The notes under the pieces are model-generated. The model saw only the letters and a list, made by a program, of their open reading frames with translations, did not search any database and was not told the origin of the DNA. Shown piece after piece: positions 25,092 through 37,676 of a stretch of DNA of 64,000 nucleotides (within the stretch, counting starts at the first letter, position 1; each line of letters opens with the position of its first letter). This DNA comes from Octopus sinensis (Eukaryota): assembly GCF_006345805.1 (NCBI RefSeq), contig NC_043009.1, positions 57,288,001 to 57,352,000 on the forward strand, read 5' to 3'. Position numbers and translations under genes: made by a program.

Positions 25092-25154
<63 letters not shown>

Positions 25155-25502
25155 GTATAGATAGATAGATCTATCGGCAAAAGAGACCGATAGAATAAGT
25201 ATCAGAGCTATAAAATAAGTACTGGGGTCGATTCATGCGATTATAAATCCAAGGCGGTGCCCCAGCATGACCGTAGTCTAAATGGGAGACTACTGATAGG
25301 GTCGCCCGAGACGAAACCAACAAACGGTAGACGCAGTGACACGCAGCATAAACGCATTCGTCAATACCTGACCTGACAAGGGTTATAAAATGTGTGGCTG
25401 TCGTGATAAAATATGGTAATTGTTCAGTTTACGTACGTGAAAAAAAAAAAAAAAAAAATAAAAAATAAAAGTAACTGGATATAACTAAATACACCAAAAT
25501 AT

Positions 25503-25805
25503 GAACCGAAGAAATGTTTCTTAGTTGAAGTACCCGATTGTACTGAGCAGACTTTGACAGCATTGATTGAACGATGGATTCTACCAGAGAGTCACATAGC
25601 AAATGACGGCTGGCGATCTTACAGTCACATAGGTATTCTAAATGGCGGTGATTGTAAATAGGGAAGATTTCATCCATCTTGCCCATGAAGACATCCACAC
25701 GCAAAATATAGAAAATATGTGGATGTGTGTCAAACACGATTTACGACGTCAACTTGGAACTTCAGAGGCTTTGTTTGTTTCCTATTTGCACGAGTTCATA
25801 TACAC
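25503..25805 (+). mobile_element. Merlin/IS1016 (ISXO2-like) transposase fragment
   Basis: PKKCFLVEVPDCTEQTLTALIERWILPESHIANDGWRSY, then frameshifted HTQNIENMWMCVKHDLRRQLGTSEALFVSYLHEF. Confidence 0.8.
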
Positions 25806-25817
25806 TTTACACTTTAC

Positions 25818-26207
25818 GCTTTTACTTGTTTCAGTCATTTGACTGCCGCCATGCTGGAGCACCCCCTTTAATCGAGCAACTCGACCCCGGGACTTATTCT
25901 TTTGTAAGCATAGTACTTATTCTAGCGGTCTCTTTTGCCGAACCGCTAAGTGACGGGGACATAAACACACCAGCATCGGTTGTCAAGTAATGCTAGGGGG
26001 ACAAACACAGACACACAAACATACACGCACACACACATATATACGACAGGCTTCTTTCTGTTTCCGTCTATCAAATCCACTCACAAGGCTTTGGTCGGCC
26101 CGGGGCTATAGTGGAAGACACTTGCCCAAGGTGCCACGCAGTGGGACTGAACCCGGAACCATGTGGTTGGTAAGCAAGCTACTTACCACACAGCCACTCC
26201 TGCGCCT
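25818..26207 (-). mobile_element. SINE family A, full length
   Basis: Head, body and tail present. Confidence 0.9.
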
Positions 26208-27189
26208 ATGATGCAATTCAGTAGACAAGAATAAGTCCCTTTACTTTTTTTCATTAGTTATGTCTCTTTACTTCTTTTTACGCACGTAAACTGAATAATT
26301 ACCCAAAATACTACTGCTTAGTGATAGAAATGTTACAGACTGTCTTCTTAAGAATGTAACACAAGAATCTCAAAAAATAATTAACGAAAAATTGCCGGAA
26401 TTAAACTGTGTAAGGGAAATAACTCTTTACAAATCTCATACAAATTGTACATGAATTACTTCCCTTGCTCATCGTATTGCTGTCGGAGGTTTCTTTGTAT
26501 CAATATCTGTTCTCAGTCTCTCTTTCTTTCAACCTCTCTCTCTCTCTTTTGTGCTAAGACAAAAGTATAGCTGATGTCGCTTTCCCAACTATTTATTGTT
26601 AATGATATGACTAAGGTGTCTCATCACAAATCCATGCTACTGTTTTTACTTGTTAACGGCCTTGTCTGAGGCCTCTAATTCCTCTGTGGAGTCGTAGAAG
26701 GTGTCATTATGACATGTAGTGGGTCGTTTCAGACATTTTTAGGCCTGTGATATCTATACTTCTTTGTATTTGATTATCAACGATTTCTTCCAGAAGAGAG
26801 AGAGAGAGAGAGAGAGAGTGATAAACCGACGGACAGACATACAGACAATTAGAATGAAAGAAAGGAAGAAAGAGATAAGCAGCGTTGAATTAACCATTAA
26901 GGAAAATAAGTACCTTCATAGGACAGCAAAGGAAGTGGTGGTGGTGGTGGTGGGGGGGGGATCACAGAAACGGTAAATAGTTTACGGCACAAAAGAAATC
27001 GCTTGAAACTTGCTAAAATAATATTCGCTATGCCTTACCTCTACTAAGTATAGAAACAGATGTGTTACGTAAGGTTAATTATGAGGATGTGATCAAAGAC
27101 TTTACAATTAGAAAAAGTTGGAGAAAACTTTTCAAATATAAATAAAGTGGAAGTATATAATAAGATGAATAAATGCGCCCTTTCTTAAA

Positions 27190-27428
27190 GCCTAGCAAGG
27201 CTCATGGGCCCGGTTTCCCGCTTTCTATGGCGTATGTATTCCCCAGCTGGACGGGACGCCAGTCCATCCCATCGCAGCGTTACGCAGTTTTGCCAGCTGG
27301 GTGAACTGGAGCAACGTGAAATGTAGTGTTTTACTCAAGAACACAACGCGTCGCTCGGTCCAGGAATCGAAACCACAATCTTACGAACATGATGCTGACA
27401 CCGTAACCACTAAACCACGCGCCTCCAC
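27190..27428 (-). mobile_element. SINE family B (tRNA head, CORE-like centre)
   Basis: Reverse complement of 51323-51571. Confidence 0.8.
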
Positions 27429-27479
27429 TGGAAGTATATAAAGAAAACAAACAAAAAAAAGCAAAACATTATTTCATTG

Positions 27480-27655
27480 TAGGCGTAGGAGTGGCTGTGT
27501 GGTAAGTAGCTTGCTTACGAACCACATGGTTCTGGGTTCAGTCCCACTGCGTGGCACCTTGGGCAAGTGTTTTCTACTATTACAGCCTCGGGCCAACCAA
27601 AGCCTTGTGAGTGGATTTGGTAGACGGAAACTGAAAGAAGCCCGCCGTATATATG

Positions 27656-27687
<32 letters not shown>

Positions 27688-27705
27688 TGTATGTATGTAT
27701 GTATG

Positions 27706-27737
<32 letters not shown>

Positions 27738-27980
27738 TGTATGTATGTATGTATGTGTGTGTGTATGTTTGTGTGTCTGTGTTTGTCCGCCCCAACATCG
27801 CTTGACAACCGATGCTGGTGTGTTTGCGTCCCCGTAACTTGGCGGTTTGGCAAAAGAGAACGACAGAATAAGTGCTAGGCTTACAAAGAATAAGTCCTGA
27901 GGTCGATTTGCTCGACTAAAGACGGTGTTCCAGCATGGCCACAGTCAAATGACTGAAACAAGTAAAAGAGTAAAAGAGTA
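27480..27980 (+). mobile_element. SINE family A, full length with (TATG)n
   Basis: Head AGGCGTAGGAGTGGCTGTGTGG, tail CAGTCAAATGACTGAAACAAGTAAAAGAGTAAAAGAG. Confidence 0.9.
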
Positions 27981-28860
27981 TCTTTCTGTTAGTTTTGTTT
28001 CATTTTGAAAAATGAAAATTCATTTTATGTTTTATAATTGTTTATATTTTGAATGATACATGTACAGGAACACCAAAATCCTTTATAGGCTTTAATCCGG
28101 CCCGAGAGAGCTGAATCAACCCTCGTAAAAAAAATTATTAATTCATTTATCGGCCTTGAAAGGATTGAAAGGAAAGTTGACCTCAGCGGTATTTGATCTC
28201 AGAGTGCAGAAATTCAGAACGATTGTCACAATGCAGTCTATAAGATTGCTTTAACGAGTCTTTCGATCGGGCACCTATATAATCACTGGACCGTACAAAA
28301 AAAAATTAAATTAAAATTTTTTTTTGCTAATTCATTGATTATATCTAGTCTGCAGGGTGGTTTTGTATCATATATGCTCCATGTACGTTTTATTCTTATA
28401 TATATGTGTGTGCATATAATTTAATTATATATATTATTCACTTTACTGTGTTTTATGTGCATGAACTCCTGGTCCATAGAAAAATTGTGTTGCATGAAAC
28501 TGGTCTGCAGTGCAAAAAAGTTTGGAAGCCGCAGCCTTCGAGCTGTAAATAAGGGGTGGGAACGGTGGGTAATACTATTTCTTTTTTTTTTTTTTTGCAC
28601 TGTAATTTGACCTTTACATGCTTGTCGGCCACAGCCATTGTCTCATCCTTCCGAATACCGGGCTGGTCTTGACCATCTTGCGATTTAGTTTGTCACTGAG
28701 ACTACCTTAACAACTGATTGTGCGTCGAAGACAGGTAAAGGTGAGTTGCCTCCACCATCCCCTACACCTCGAATCATGACGGCCTCAAATTGTGATATTT
28801 GACTCACGTCTGACAGAGAACTTCACTTATCCGGTCGACTTCACTATTCAAGTGGATCCA

Positions 28861-29500
28861 GGCTGCGAGCTGGCAGAATCGTTAGCACGCAGAGCAAAAT
28901 GCTTAGCAGCATTTCGACCTTCTTCACGTTCTGAGTTCAAATTCCGCCGAGGTCAATTTTGTCTTTCATCCTTTGTGGGGTCGATAGATTAAGTACCAGT
29001 TGAACATCGGGATCGAAGTAATTGACTTACTCCCTCCCACGAAAATTTGAAACCAAGGCAGCGAGCTGGCAGAGTCGTGAGCACGTAAGGCAAGATGTTT
29101 AGCTGCATTCCATCTGTCTTCGTGTTCTGAGTTCAAATTCCACCGAGGTCGAGTTTGTCTTTCATCCTTTTGGGGTCGATAGATTAAGTACCAGTTGACG
29201 GGATCGAAGTAATTGACTTACTCCCTCCCACGAATTTTGAAACGGCCTTGTCTGAGGTCTCTAACTAAATACACCAAAATATAGGCCGAAGAAATGTTCC
29301 AAGGCAGCGAACTGGCAGAGTCGTTAAGTTAGCAAGGAAGGCAAGATGTTTAGCGGCATTCCATCTGTCTTCATGTTCTGAGTTCAAATTTCGCCGTGGT
29401 CGACTTTGCTTTTCATCCTTTCGGGGTCGATAAATTAAGTACAAGTTAAACATTGGGTTTAAAGTAATTGACTTACCCACACCACTGAAATCGCTCGCCT
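28861..29500 (+). mobile_element. Three tandem diverged SINE family C copies
   Basis: Units at about 28861-29053, 29053-29243, 29299-29500. Confidence 0.8.
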
Positions 29501-30159
29501 TGTGCTGAAATTTTTAATCAATATTCAAGTCGAGCATTGTGCTTGCCTCGCCAAAAGCATCCGCCAAGCTCTGCGTAATACCTGCACTATAAGGAACAGT
29601 GGTGCAGCAAACAACATCTCTCTCATTCAGCATCGGAGTGATATTGACCTTAACCGTGAGATGCGGCGCCTAAAATACATTAGAAACAGGCTTTATCTGT
29701 ATGAATATACCTTCAGTTCAGTTGTGAGATACCTCTTTGAGAAATACTGATATATAAAGCGACTGCAATGATGGCGATGGCTGGCTACAGCTTGGATTGA
29801 CTCCTACTGTAACAGCAAACTGCGCAGAGATGGAGTTTATCAGCGTAACATGCCAATGTATAGGGACTTGGTAATGAGAGTTAGCTTTTCTGGATATCCA
29901 GTTCATATGAGTACCTTCCTCTTATCACAGTAGTCCAGCCATTTCATGTCCTGGAACATTATCGACTACGTAACCAGCTTTTACGAATAATTGTTGCTGA
30001 ACAGATTGAATAACAAGCGCTCTACAGAAACACCATCACCCACTCATTATGACCGAGATATTATTGTCTGATTGATATAGATCACACGCATACAGTAAAG
30101 TAGTGCGTGAAAATCCGAGTGACAATAAAGTGAATCATCAACTGTAAACCTATACTCTT

Positions 30160-30560
30160 CTACTCTTTTACTTGTTTCAGTCATTTGACTGCGGCCATGC
30201 TGGAGCACCGCCTTTAGTCGAGCAAATCGACCCCAGGACTTATTCTTTGTAAGCCCAGTACTTATTCTATCGGTCTCTTTTGCCGAACCGCTAAGTGACG
30301 GGGACGTAAACACATCAGCATCGTTTGTCAAGCAATGCTAGGGGGACAAACACAGACACATGCACACATATATATATATATATATATACATATATACGAC
30401 AGGCTTCTTTCAGTTTCCGTCTACCAAATCCACTCACAAAGCATTGGTCGGCCCGGGGCTATAGCAGAAGACACTTGCCCAAGATGCCACGCAGTGGGAC
30501 TCAACCCAGAACCATGTAGTTGGTTAGCAAGCTACTTACCACACAGCCACTCCTGCGCCT
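30160..30560 (-). mobile_element. SINE family A, full length
   Basis: Head, body and tail present. Confidence 0.9.
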
Positions 30561-30994
30561 ATGTATAAGTATAAGTTGTACTTTTTATGGCTGTGTTCAT
30601 AGTATTGTCCTGGTTATGTGGAGAATTAAACCAAACTAGTTTTCCCTTTCTGGTTCCCCTCTGGTGTGGATTGGATGGGGGGTGGGGTACTACGTGTAAA
30701 TCAATTTCTTACTGCCGCCATAGTATGGAGGAATAGTTTAAAATGTCACTATCCGAGGACAGATCGGTGGCTATTCTATTAATACTGGCTAGAAAGTCCA
30801 CAATTATGGCTGGAGAGAGACTGAACTTTTTGTGAATGCATGCGGTATCCTCGTTTAGCTTTCTACGGGACTAATGTTTGTATTTAAGCAAAGGAAGTAG
30901 GTTATTGTTAGACCAGAATGATTCAAGCACTCAATTAAATTATCATATAGCTGCTACACCAATATGGAGAGCTTCATTACATGCAGAGTATTGA

Positions 30995-31270
30995 TAAAGA
31001 AGAATGTGAAGGCGACTTCAAAAACCGCTATACAAATCATATATCTTTCTTTTGGCACAGAGACGAAAGGAAAACCACGTCTGGGGTTTGAAGTTTAACG
31101 TCAAGCCACACACAATCAATTTTGAAAATTGATGCCATATGTTAATGGATAAAAAAAAAATGCAAACTATGTAAGAAAATGCAAGCTGAAAGATCGAGAA
31201 CTCTAGATCTGAAATCTTCAGCAGATGTAAACATATGGATAAATTCCTGTTGGCAAATTGGAAAATACCA
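30995..31270 (+). mobile_element. Penelope-like element GIY-YIG C-terminal fragment
   Basis: CEGDFKNRYTNHISFF..KKCKLC..NSRSEIFSRCKHMDKFLLANWK (frameshifted). Confidence 0.7.
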
Positions 31271-31621
31271 CCATCTCCGAACTGAGCATATATACCGCAG
31301 ACACTAGACCCCTATCCGTTTAGCCGTTATAGCTTTACGGTCAAATGAGACACAATCTAATCCTCCCGTATTATTTTCCCTCTTTACCGTTCATTTTCCG
31401 GTGTTTTCACCATTCCGCCTTTTACATCTACCTTCTCGCCTTTTCTCCTATTTTTTCTTATTCTATCGCCTTGCTTTAGCTTGTCTACGCCATGCGAGTA
31501 CTATCTGAAGATTGTATGTAGGCATCAGACATTATATAAATGCAGTCTGTGGTGTTTTCATCGCATGAAACTAGTAGCACCTTATAAAAATATTTATTGT
31601 GTTCATTAAACTATATATATA

Positions 31622-32471
31622 AAGGGTGCGGGGAATATAATGTAGTTTAAGTTACGCAAAAATGAAAATAACACTGACATCTCATTTTAACAGATATATT
31701 TACCAAAATTACATAAAAATATCTTGAAATACTAAAGAATAAATTTATTTAATAAAATCGTCATTGGCTTCAACTATGACCACCAGATAACTTCGGAATC
31801 TCCTGCAACTCTTCTGGACGGTCTCCTTGTTTAAGTCGGTGAAAGCTGTCATAACCGTTGCCTTCAGTTCATCTTTGGTGATACAAGGAGTTTTGTTGGT
31901 TTCTCGCTCAACTGAACCCACACAATAATCAAGGGGGTTGCAGTCTGGGGAGTTAGGTGGCTGATGTTAGGGGTGATGTTGTCGCAGAAATTGTCTGATA
32001 GCCACGACTGGGTTCTCCTGCTTGTGTGGCATGGTGCAGAGTCTTGTTGCCAGACATAAGGTCTTCCAGCAGCCACTCTCTTGACCCAGGGCAGCACTAC
32101 CCCCTCCAGGCACTCTATGTTGAGTGTGAGGCCATGTGGGAAGATGAATGGAGGCATAACATCGCCATCACTAGTGATCACTCCAAACACCATGATATCA
32201 CTCTCAGTAATGTTTTGGGGACACTGCAAGCCAATGGTTGTTCTGTGTGTTCACCATCTGCTCATATTGGAGCTTCCGGCGCGAATACCAAGCATTACAG
32301 CATGTCGTTTACAAATTTCTGGCAGAGTGAATTGCGTCATGGTGCTGTTTTCCTCAGAGACGGTACCCAATTGGCCCTACTATACTGTGTAATCGACAAA
32401 ATAAAAAACAAGCAATGCGCATGCACAAAATTAAAAATATAAAATGGCAACAATTTACCCATTGCACCCTG
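31622..32471 (-). mobile_element. maT (DD37D) element, internally deleted
   Basis: MVFGVITSDGDVMPPFIFP..WQQDSAPCHTSRRTQSWL..PPNSPDCNPLDY; 37 residues between the 2nd and 3rd Asp after correcting one frameshift; ends AGGGTGC ... GCACCCTG. Confidence 0.85.
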
Positions 32472-32814
32472 TTTGTATGGTTTAAGAAGAGACAAATTTA
32501 GATAATCATCTTATAGATATGATTTATATCAGCATAATAAATACATACAACACAATGGACACACTAAGACAAGGAACATATCAATATATTAATTAGAATA
32601 GAAATAATAAATACATGAGGTAAAAATATACATGCAAAGGATAAGTAGATAAAGTGTGATACATAGATTAGAAATCATATTAAATCTAAGATTTAAAATG
32701 TTGAATTAAGAATTAAAAGTTGTAAGATACGTCGACGGCGGTGAGAAAACATAAAAATGGATTTATAAGTCAGAGAAATGATAAGGATAAATTTGTTTTA
32801 AGAGTTTTAAAGTA

Positions 32815-32984
32815 AGGCGCTGGAGTGGCTGTGTGGTAAGTAGCTTGCTTACCAACCACATGGTTCCGGGTTCAGTCCCACTGCGTGGCACCTTGGGCAA
32901 GTGTCTTCGGACCGACCAAAGGCTTGTGAGTGGATTTGGTAGACGGAAACTGAAAGAAGCCTGTCGTATATATGTATGTATATA

Positions 32985-33074
<90 letters not shown>

Positions 33075-33323
33075 ATATATATGTATGTGTGTGTATTTGT
33101 TTGTGTGTCTGTGTTTGTTCCTTCCCCACCAACATCGCTTGACAACTGATGCTGGTGTGTTTACGTCCCTGTAACTTAGCGGTTCGGCAAAAGAGACCGA
33201 TAGAATAAGTACTAGACTTACAAAGACTAAGTCCTGGGGTCGATTTGCTTGACTAAAGGCGGTGCTCCAGCATGGCCGCAGTCAAATGATTGAAACAAGT
33301 AAAAGAGTAAAGAGTAAAAGAGT
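32815..33323 (+). mobile_element. SINE family A, full length with (TA)n
   Basis: Head, body and tail present. Confidence 0.9.
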
Positions 33324-33773
33324 AATGTCACAGAGGATTATAGCACCATATAAGATGTGTTTCGACGGTCGTTTCTGGAGTCTACTTGTCTACAAGGTAT
33401 GAATCCTTTAGTTTCACACTAACAATGTCCCCTTCATCAAGAAATAAGGAAATAGATAGCAAGATTCGAAGAAATCTGAGAGAAAGGAAAATTTAAGATT
33501 ACGTTATGTTGGTCGTCGGCAACTGTCTCAGATCACGATGACTTTTACCAAGATTCACGATTATATATGTAAAGAAATTTTTACTGTCTCCCATCATCCT
33601 ACACTAAAAAACATGTATAAAAAATCATAAATCATATCTATAGGATGATTACCTAAATATTGTCTCTTCTTAAACCAAGTTATATAATGTCTAGCGGCTC
33701 GGGTTCGAGCCGAGCACTTTCAGGCAATTGTGTAAAAAAAACAACACTTTTTCGAAAGAACAATATATATATA

Positions 33774-34329
33774 TTGGGTTGTCTGGAAAGTATGTGCCGA
33801 TTTATAGCAGCTTATCTTTCGACTTATTTTAGAACATGCTTGAGTCCCTAAAATAGGATTTCACTATACCACCATTTAGAACACAGTTTAAGCTATCTTT
33901 TCGTGGAAGAAGGTTTATGTTCCTATAATCTGTGTTAATTTTGTAACCCTTTAAAATGGAAGATAAGAAAGTTCCTTTTCGGCACTTGATGCTTTGGGAA
34001 CAAGACAAAAACTGCTGCAATTCGGCTGGGATGTGTTACCTCACCCTCCATATTCACCAGATATTGCTCCTTCGGATTTCCACTTATTCAGGTCTCTGCA
34101 GAATAGTCTTAATGGTAAAAATTTCAATTCCTTGGATGACGTAAAAAGATACCTTAATGAATTCTTTGCCATGAAACCATGGAAGAGGGTATTTTCAAGT
34201 TGAAGGAAAGATGGAGACGTATTGTGCAACAAAATGGTTCATATTTGGTTGATTAAAACTGTAATGGCAAGTATTTATTGACCTTTTTCTTTCCTTTAAA
34301 AATCGGCATGAACTTTCCGGACAACCCAA
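33774..34329 (+). mobile_element. mariner (DD34D-type) internally deleted element
   Basis: 30-bp TIRs TTGGGTTGTCYGGAAAG..GCCGATTT with TA on both sides; MEDKKVPFRHLML fused to GWDVLPHPPYSPDIAPSDFHLFRSLQN. Confidence 0.92.
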
Positions 34330-34362
34330 TATATACACGCATACATACATACATACATACAC

Positions 34363-34454
<92 letters not shown>

Positions 34455-34647
34455 GAGATATTTAGTATCAGCGTCAGAATTTACATTTTATTATATTATG
34501 TCCAAATGAACATGGCAAAGTCACTGATGCAATACAAAATCAGCGAAGGAAACGGAGTGGTACACATTGGTATGTCGTATGCCACCTATTTTGCACTGTC
34601 CATGTTTTGTATGTTTAATGCCTGTCAACAGAAACTGTTATTATTAC

Positions 34648-34860
34648 AAGGTGGCGAACTGGCAGAATCGTTAGTACGCTGGACGAAATGCTTAGCGGTA
34701 TTTCGCCCATCGCTACGTTCCGAGTTCAAATTCCGCTGAGGCCGACTTTGCCTTTAATCTTTTCGGGGTCAATAAATTAAGTACCAGTTACGCACTGGGG
34801 TCGATCTAATCGACTATCCCCTTCTCCCCATATTTCAGGTCTTGTGCCTATAGTAGAAAT
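34648..34860 (+). mobile_element. SINE family C
   Basis: Head AAGGTGGCGAACTGGCAG and core. Confidence 0.85.
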
Positions 34861-35228
34861 GATTATTACTTTCCTTAAGTTGGTGGATTCCTAGTATCCT
34901 GAGAGGTCTGTATATGTTCCGGATCTTTGCACCTTGAGTTCAAATTCACTGAGGTCGATGTTGCTACTAAATCATTGGTTCAATTTAATTAACTCACTTT
35001 TCTCCAAAATTACAAAAACCGAGTATAAGGAATATTACAGAGGAATCTAGATGCAAGTGAAGGAAGTTGCTAGAGGGGATCCTACCAGAGAATTTACGAG
35101 GACAAAGACAATATACGATGAACATCAAGAGAAAGAAAAAAAAAACAAACAAAAAAGTAAGACAAGCCATTACCTGGTCAATTTTGTCAGGCAATGGATA
35201 GAGTATAAGAGGGAATAATTCTAGGTCA

Positions 35229-35747
35229 CGTGGTACGTATGATGAGACGGTGGCTCATTTAGTATGTCAGTGTCCAAGGTTTGCACTGAGAGAGTACAAG
35301 TAGTGGCGACATACCCAAGTTAGTAGAGTTATATATTGGAATCTATACCAGAAATGGAGGTTTGAGCATTGAAAGATATGGCATGAACGCCAACCTGAGA
35401 GAATATTTGAATCAGCTGCCGAATCGTGTGGGATATTTTCCCATACAAACAGACAAACATTGAGAGCACAACAAACTTGACATCACAGTTGTTGAGAAAA
35501 TTCGTAAGACATTCTCCTTATTCACCCATCATGTCCGACGCTCGAACGGAAAGTAAAAAAAGCAGAGAAGTTGACATATTATAACGAGCTGAAGTATGAA
35601 TGTAGAAGACGAAGGCAGCTATCATACCATTAAGCATAACACCATTGCAAAATAGACAGAGAAAAGCCAAGTATATTGTGAGATAGAGATATTGCACAGA
35701 CTTTGCTTATTGGGAATAGCTAAAATATTAAGGACACTCCATGATTA
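35229..35747 (+). mobile_element. R4/Dong-like non-LTR retrotransposon C-terminus (zinc knuckle plus restriction-like endonuclease), decayed
   Basis: GTYDETVAHLVCQCPRFALREYK*WRHTQVSRVIYWNLYQKW..WHERQPE..IQTDKH*EHNKLDITVVEK..LCLLGIAKILR. Confidence 0.75.
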
Positions 35748-35889
35748 GATCGATAAAAAAGGAATGGGTGAGAGAAGGAAGAGCCTGCTTGATATTGGTC
35801 GTAGCTCGCTATCGAAATAAAAGAAAAGTAATCAGGTTATAAGAACCAGCATGATGATGATGATTATGATGATAATAATAATAATGATA

Positions 35890-36290
35890 ACCCTTTCTAC
35901 TATAGGCACAAAGCCTGAAATTTGGGGGTGGGGATAATCGATTAGATCGACCCCAGAGCGTAACTGATACTTAATTTATCGATACCGAAAAGATGAAAGG
36001 CTAAGTCGACCTCGGCGGAATTTGAACTCAGAACGTAGCGACGGACGAAATACCTATTTCTTTACTACCCACAAGGGGCTAAACACAGAGAGGACAAACA
36101 AGGACAGACAAACGGATTAAGTCGATTACATCGACCCCAGTGCGTAACTGGTACTTTATTTAATCGACCCCGAAAGGATGAAAGGCAAAGTCAACCTCGG
36201 CGGAATTTGAACTCAGAAAGTAAAAACAGACGAAATACTGCTACGCATTTCGCCCGGCGTGCTAACGTTTCTGCCAACTCGCCGCCTTAT
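35890..36290 (-). mobile_element. SINE family C, dimer
   Basis: Two units with the two tail types. Confidence 0.85.
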
Positions 36291-36769
36291 TAGGTTGAAG
36301 TCATTTACCATCGGTTCTCGCAAATTGGTTCTTAAATAATTTTTGAAACGAAAACTTGTTAATTTTTATGGTAGGTATTTCAAGTGCAAATCTTTAAGCT
36401 GCAGAAGAATTTTTCGTATTTAGTTTCTCCTTAAACAGTTGCCATAGTAATTTTTTGCCGTAGTCATTTACGCCGTAAAAGTTTTACTGCAAAAATTCAA
36501 GCAATCAGATATCTTTGTTGCAATATTTAAAAAAAAAAGAAAAGAAAAAAAAAACCCGAACAAGCGGTAGACCATTATTTAATGTCCCTATTAATCCTTT
36601 AATCCTTCCTTAATCTCTGCTTCTCAACATGGTTAATACGTAGTTCATATAATGCGTTCTCTTTTTCGTAATTTAATTACTGATTAGAGTGGTAAACCTT
36701 TCTTTAACTCCGGAAGAGAGGGGTTGCTACATACATACACATCTGTATTAAGAGGCTACAAGATATATA

Positions 36770-37170
36770 CACACGCATCCATCCATCCATCCATCCATAC
36801 ATACATACACATACATACATATACATGCATACAGACAGACACACACATATAATACATACATGCATACATACATATATACGTACACATACATATACATATA
36901 CATATATACACACACATACATACACACATACATACACGCACACATACATACACACATACATACATACACACACATACATACACACAAATACATACATACA
37001 TACATATATACATACAAACATACATACACACACATACATACAAACACACACACACACATACATACATACATACATACATACATACATACATACATACATA
37101 CATACACACATACATACACACATACAACATATACATACATACATACATACATACATACACACACACACTA
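36770..37170. repeat. Compound (TACA)n/(CA)n microsatellite
   Basis: Direct inspection. Confidence 0.95.
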
Positions 37171-37431
37171 GGCGGGTTGCCCGTATCAAGCGGTTATTAA
37201 TTATGTTGAAACCTTTTTTTGTTTATTTTTGCTGAACTTAATTTACTAATTTTGTGAATGAAAGAAGTAAAGACCACGCACAAGTTTCCCGACTTCACAA
37301 CCTCACTAACAGCGCCCTCTATGTTTTATGTACCGAATGAATGTCTGAAAATGTGCATTTGTAAGAACGCTGTGAGGAAACGAAGTCGGTCGAAAGGAAT
37401 AAACTATATTTATTCTTTTATTCTTGTATTC

Positions 37432-37670
37432 TTTTACTTGTATTGGTCATTGGATTGCAGCCATGCTGGAGCACCGCATTGAAGGGTTTTAGTCGAAGAA
37501 ATCGACCCCAGGACTTATTTCTTAAGCCTGATATTTATTATATCGGTCTCTTTTGCCGAACCACTAAATTCCGGGGACGTAAACACACAAACACCTGTTG
37601 TCAAGTGGTGATGGGGGTGGGGGGAGGGCAAGCACAGATACAAAGACACACAGACATAGTTACATACATG
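37432..37670 (-). mobile_element. SINE family A, 3' half
   Basis: Tail GCAGCCATGCTGGAGCACCGC. Confidence 0.75.
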
Positions 37671-37676
37671 TATATA

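Noticed and set aside
27480-27560. tRNA-like heads of SINE families A-D as tRNA genes
   Set aside because: A/B-box-like motifs are always fused to SINE bodies and I could not fold a full cloverleaf.
30708-30788. Minus-strand exon-like segment SINRIATDLSSDSDILNYSSILWR
   Set aside because: Short pyrimidine tract, no homolog, and phases incompatible with neighbouring candidates.
33330-33392. 63-bp plus-strand open segment RIIAPYKMCFDGRFWSLLVYK with AG/GT ends
   Set aside because: The acceptor lacks a pyrimidine tract and abuts a SINE tail; likely chance.
36704-37235. Long YVCM/HTYI-type ORFs here and at 20.9, 24.2, 27.5, 39.6, 46.8, 53.7 and 55.5-56.7 kb
   Set aside because: These are translations of stop-free microsatellites, open in many frames at once.
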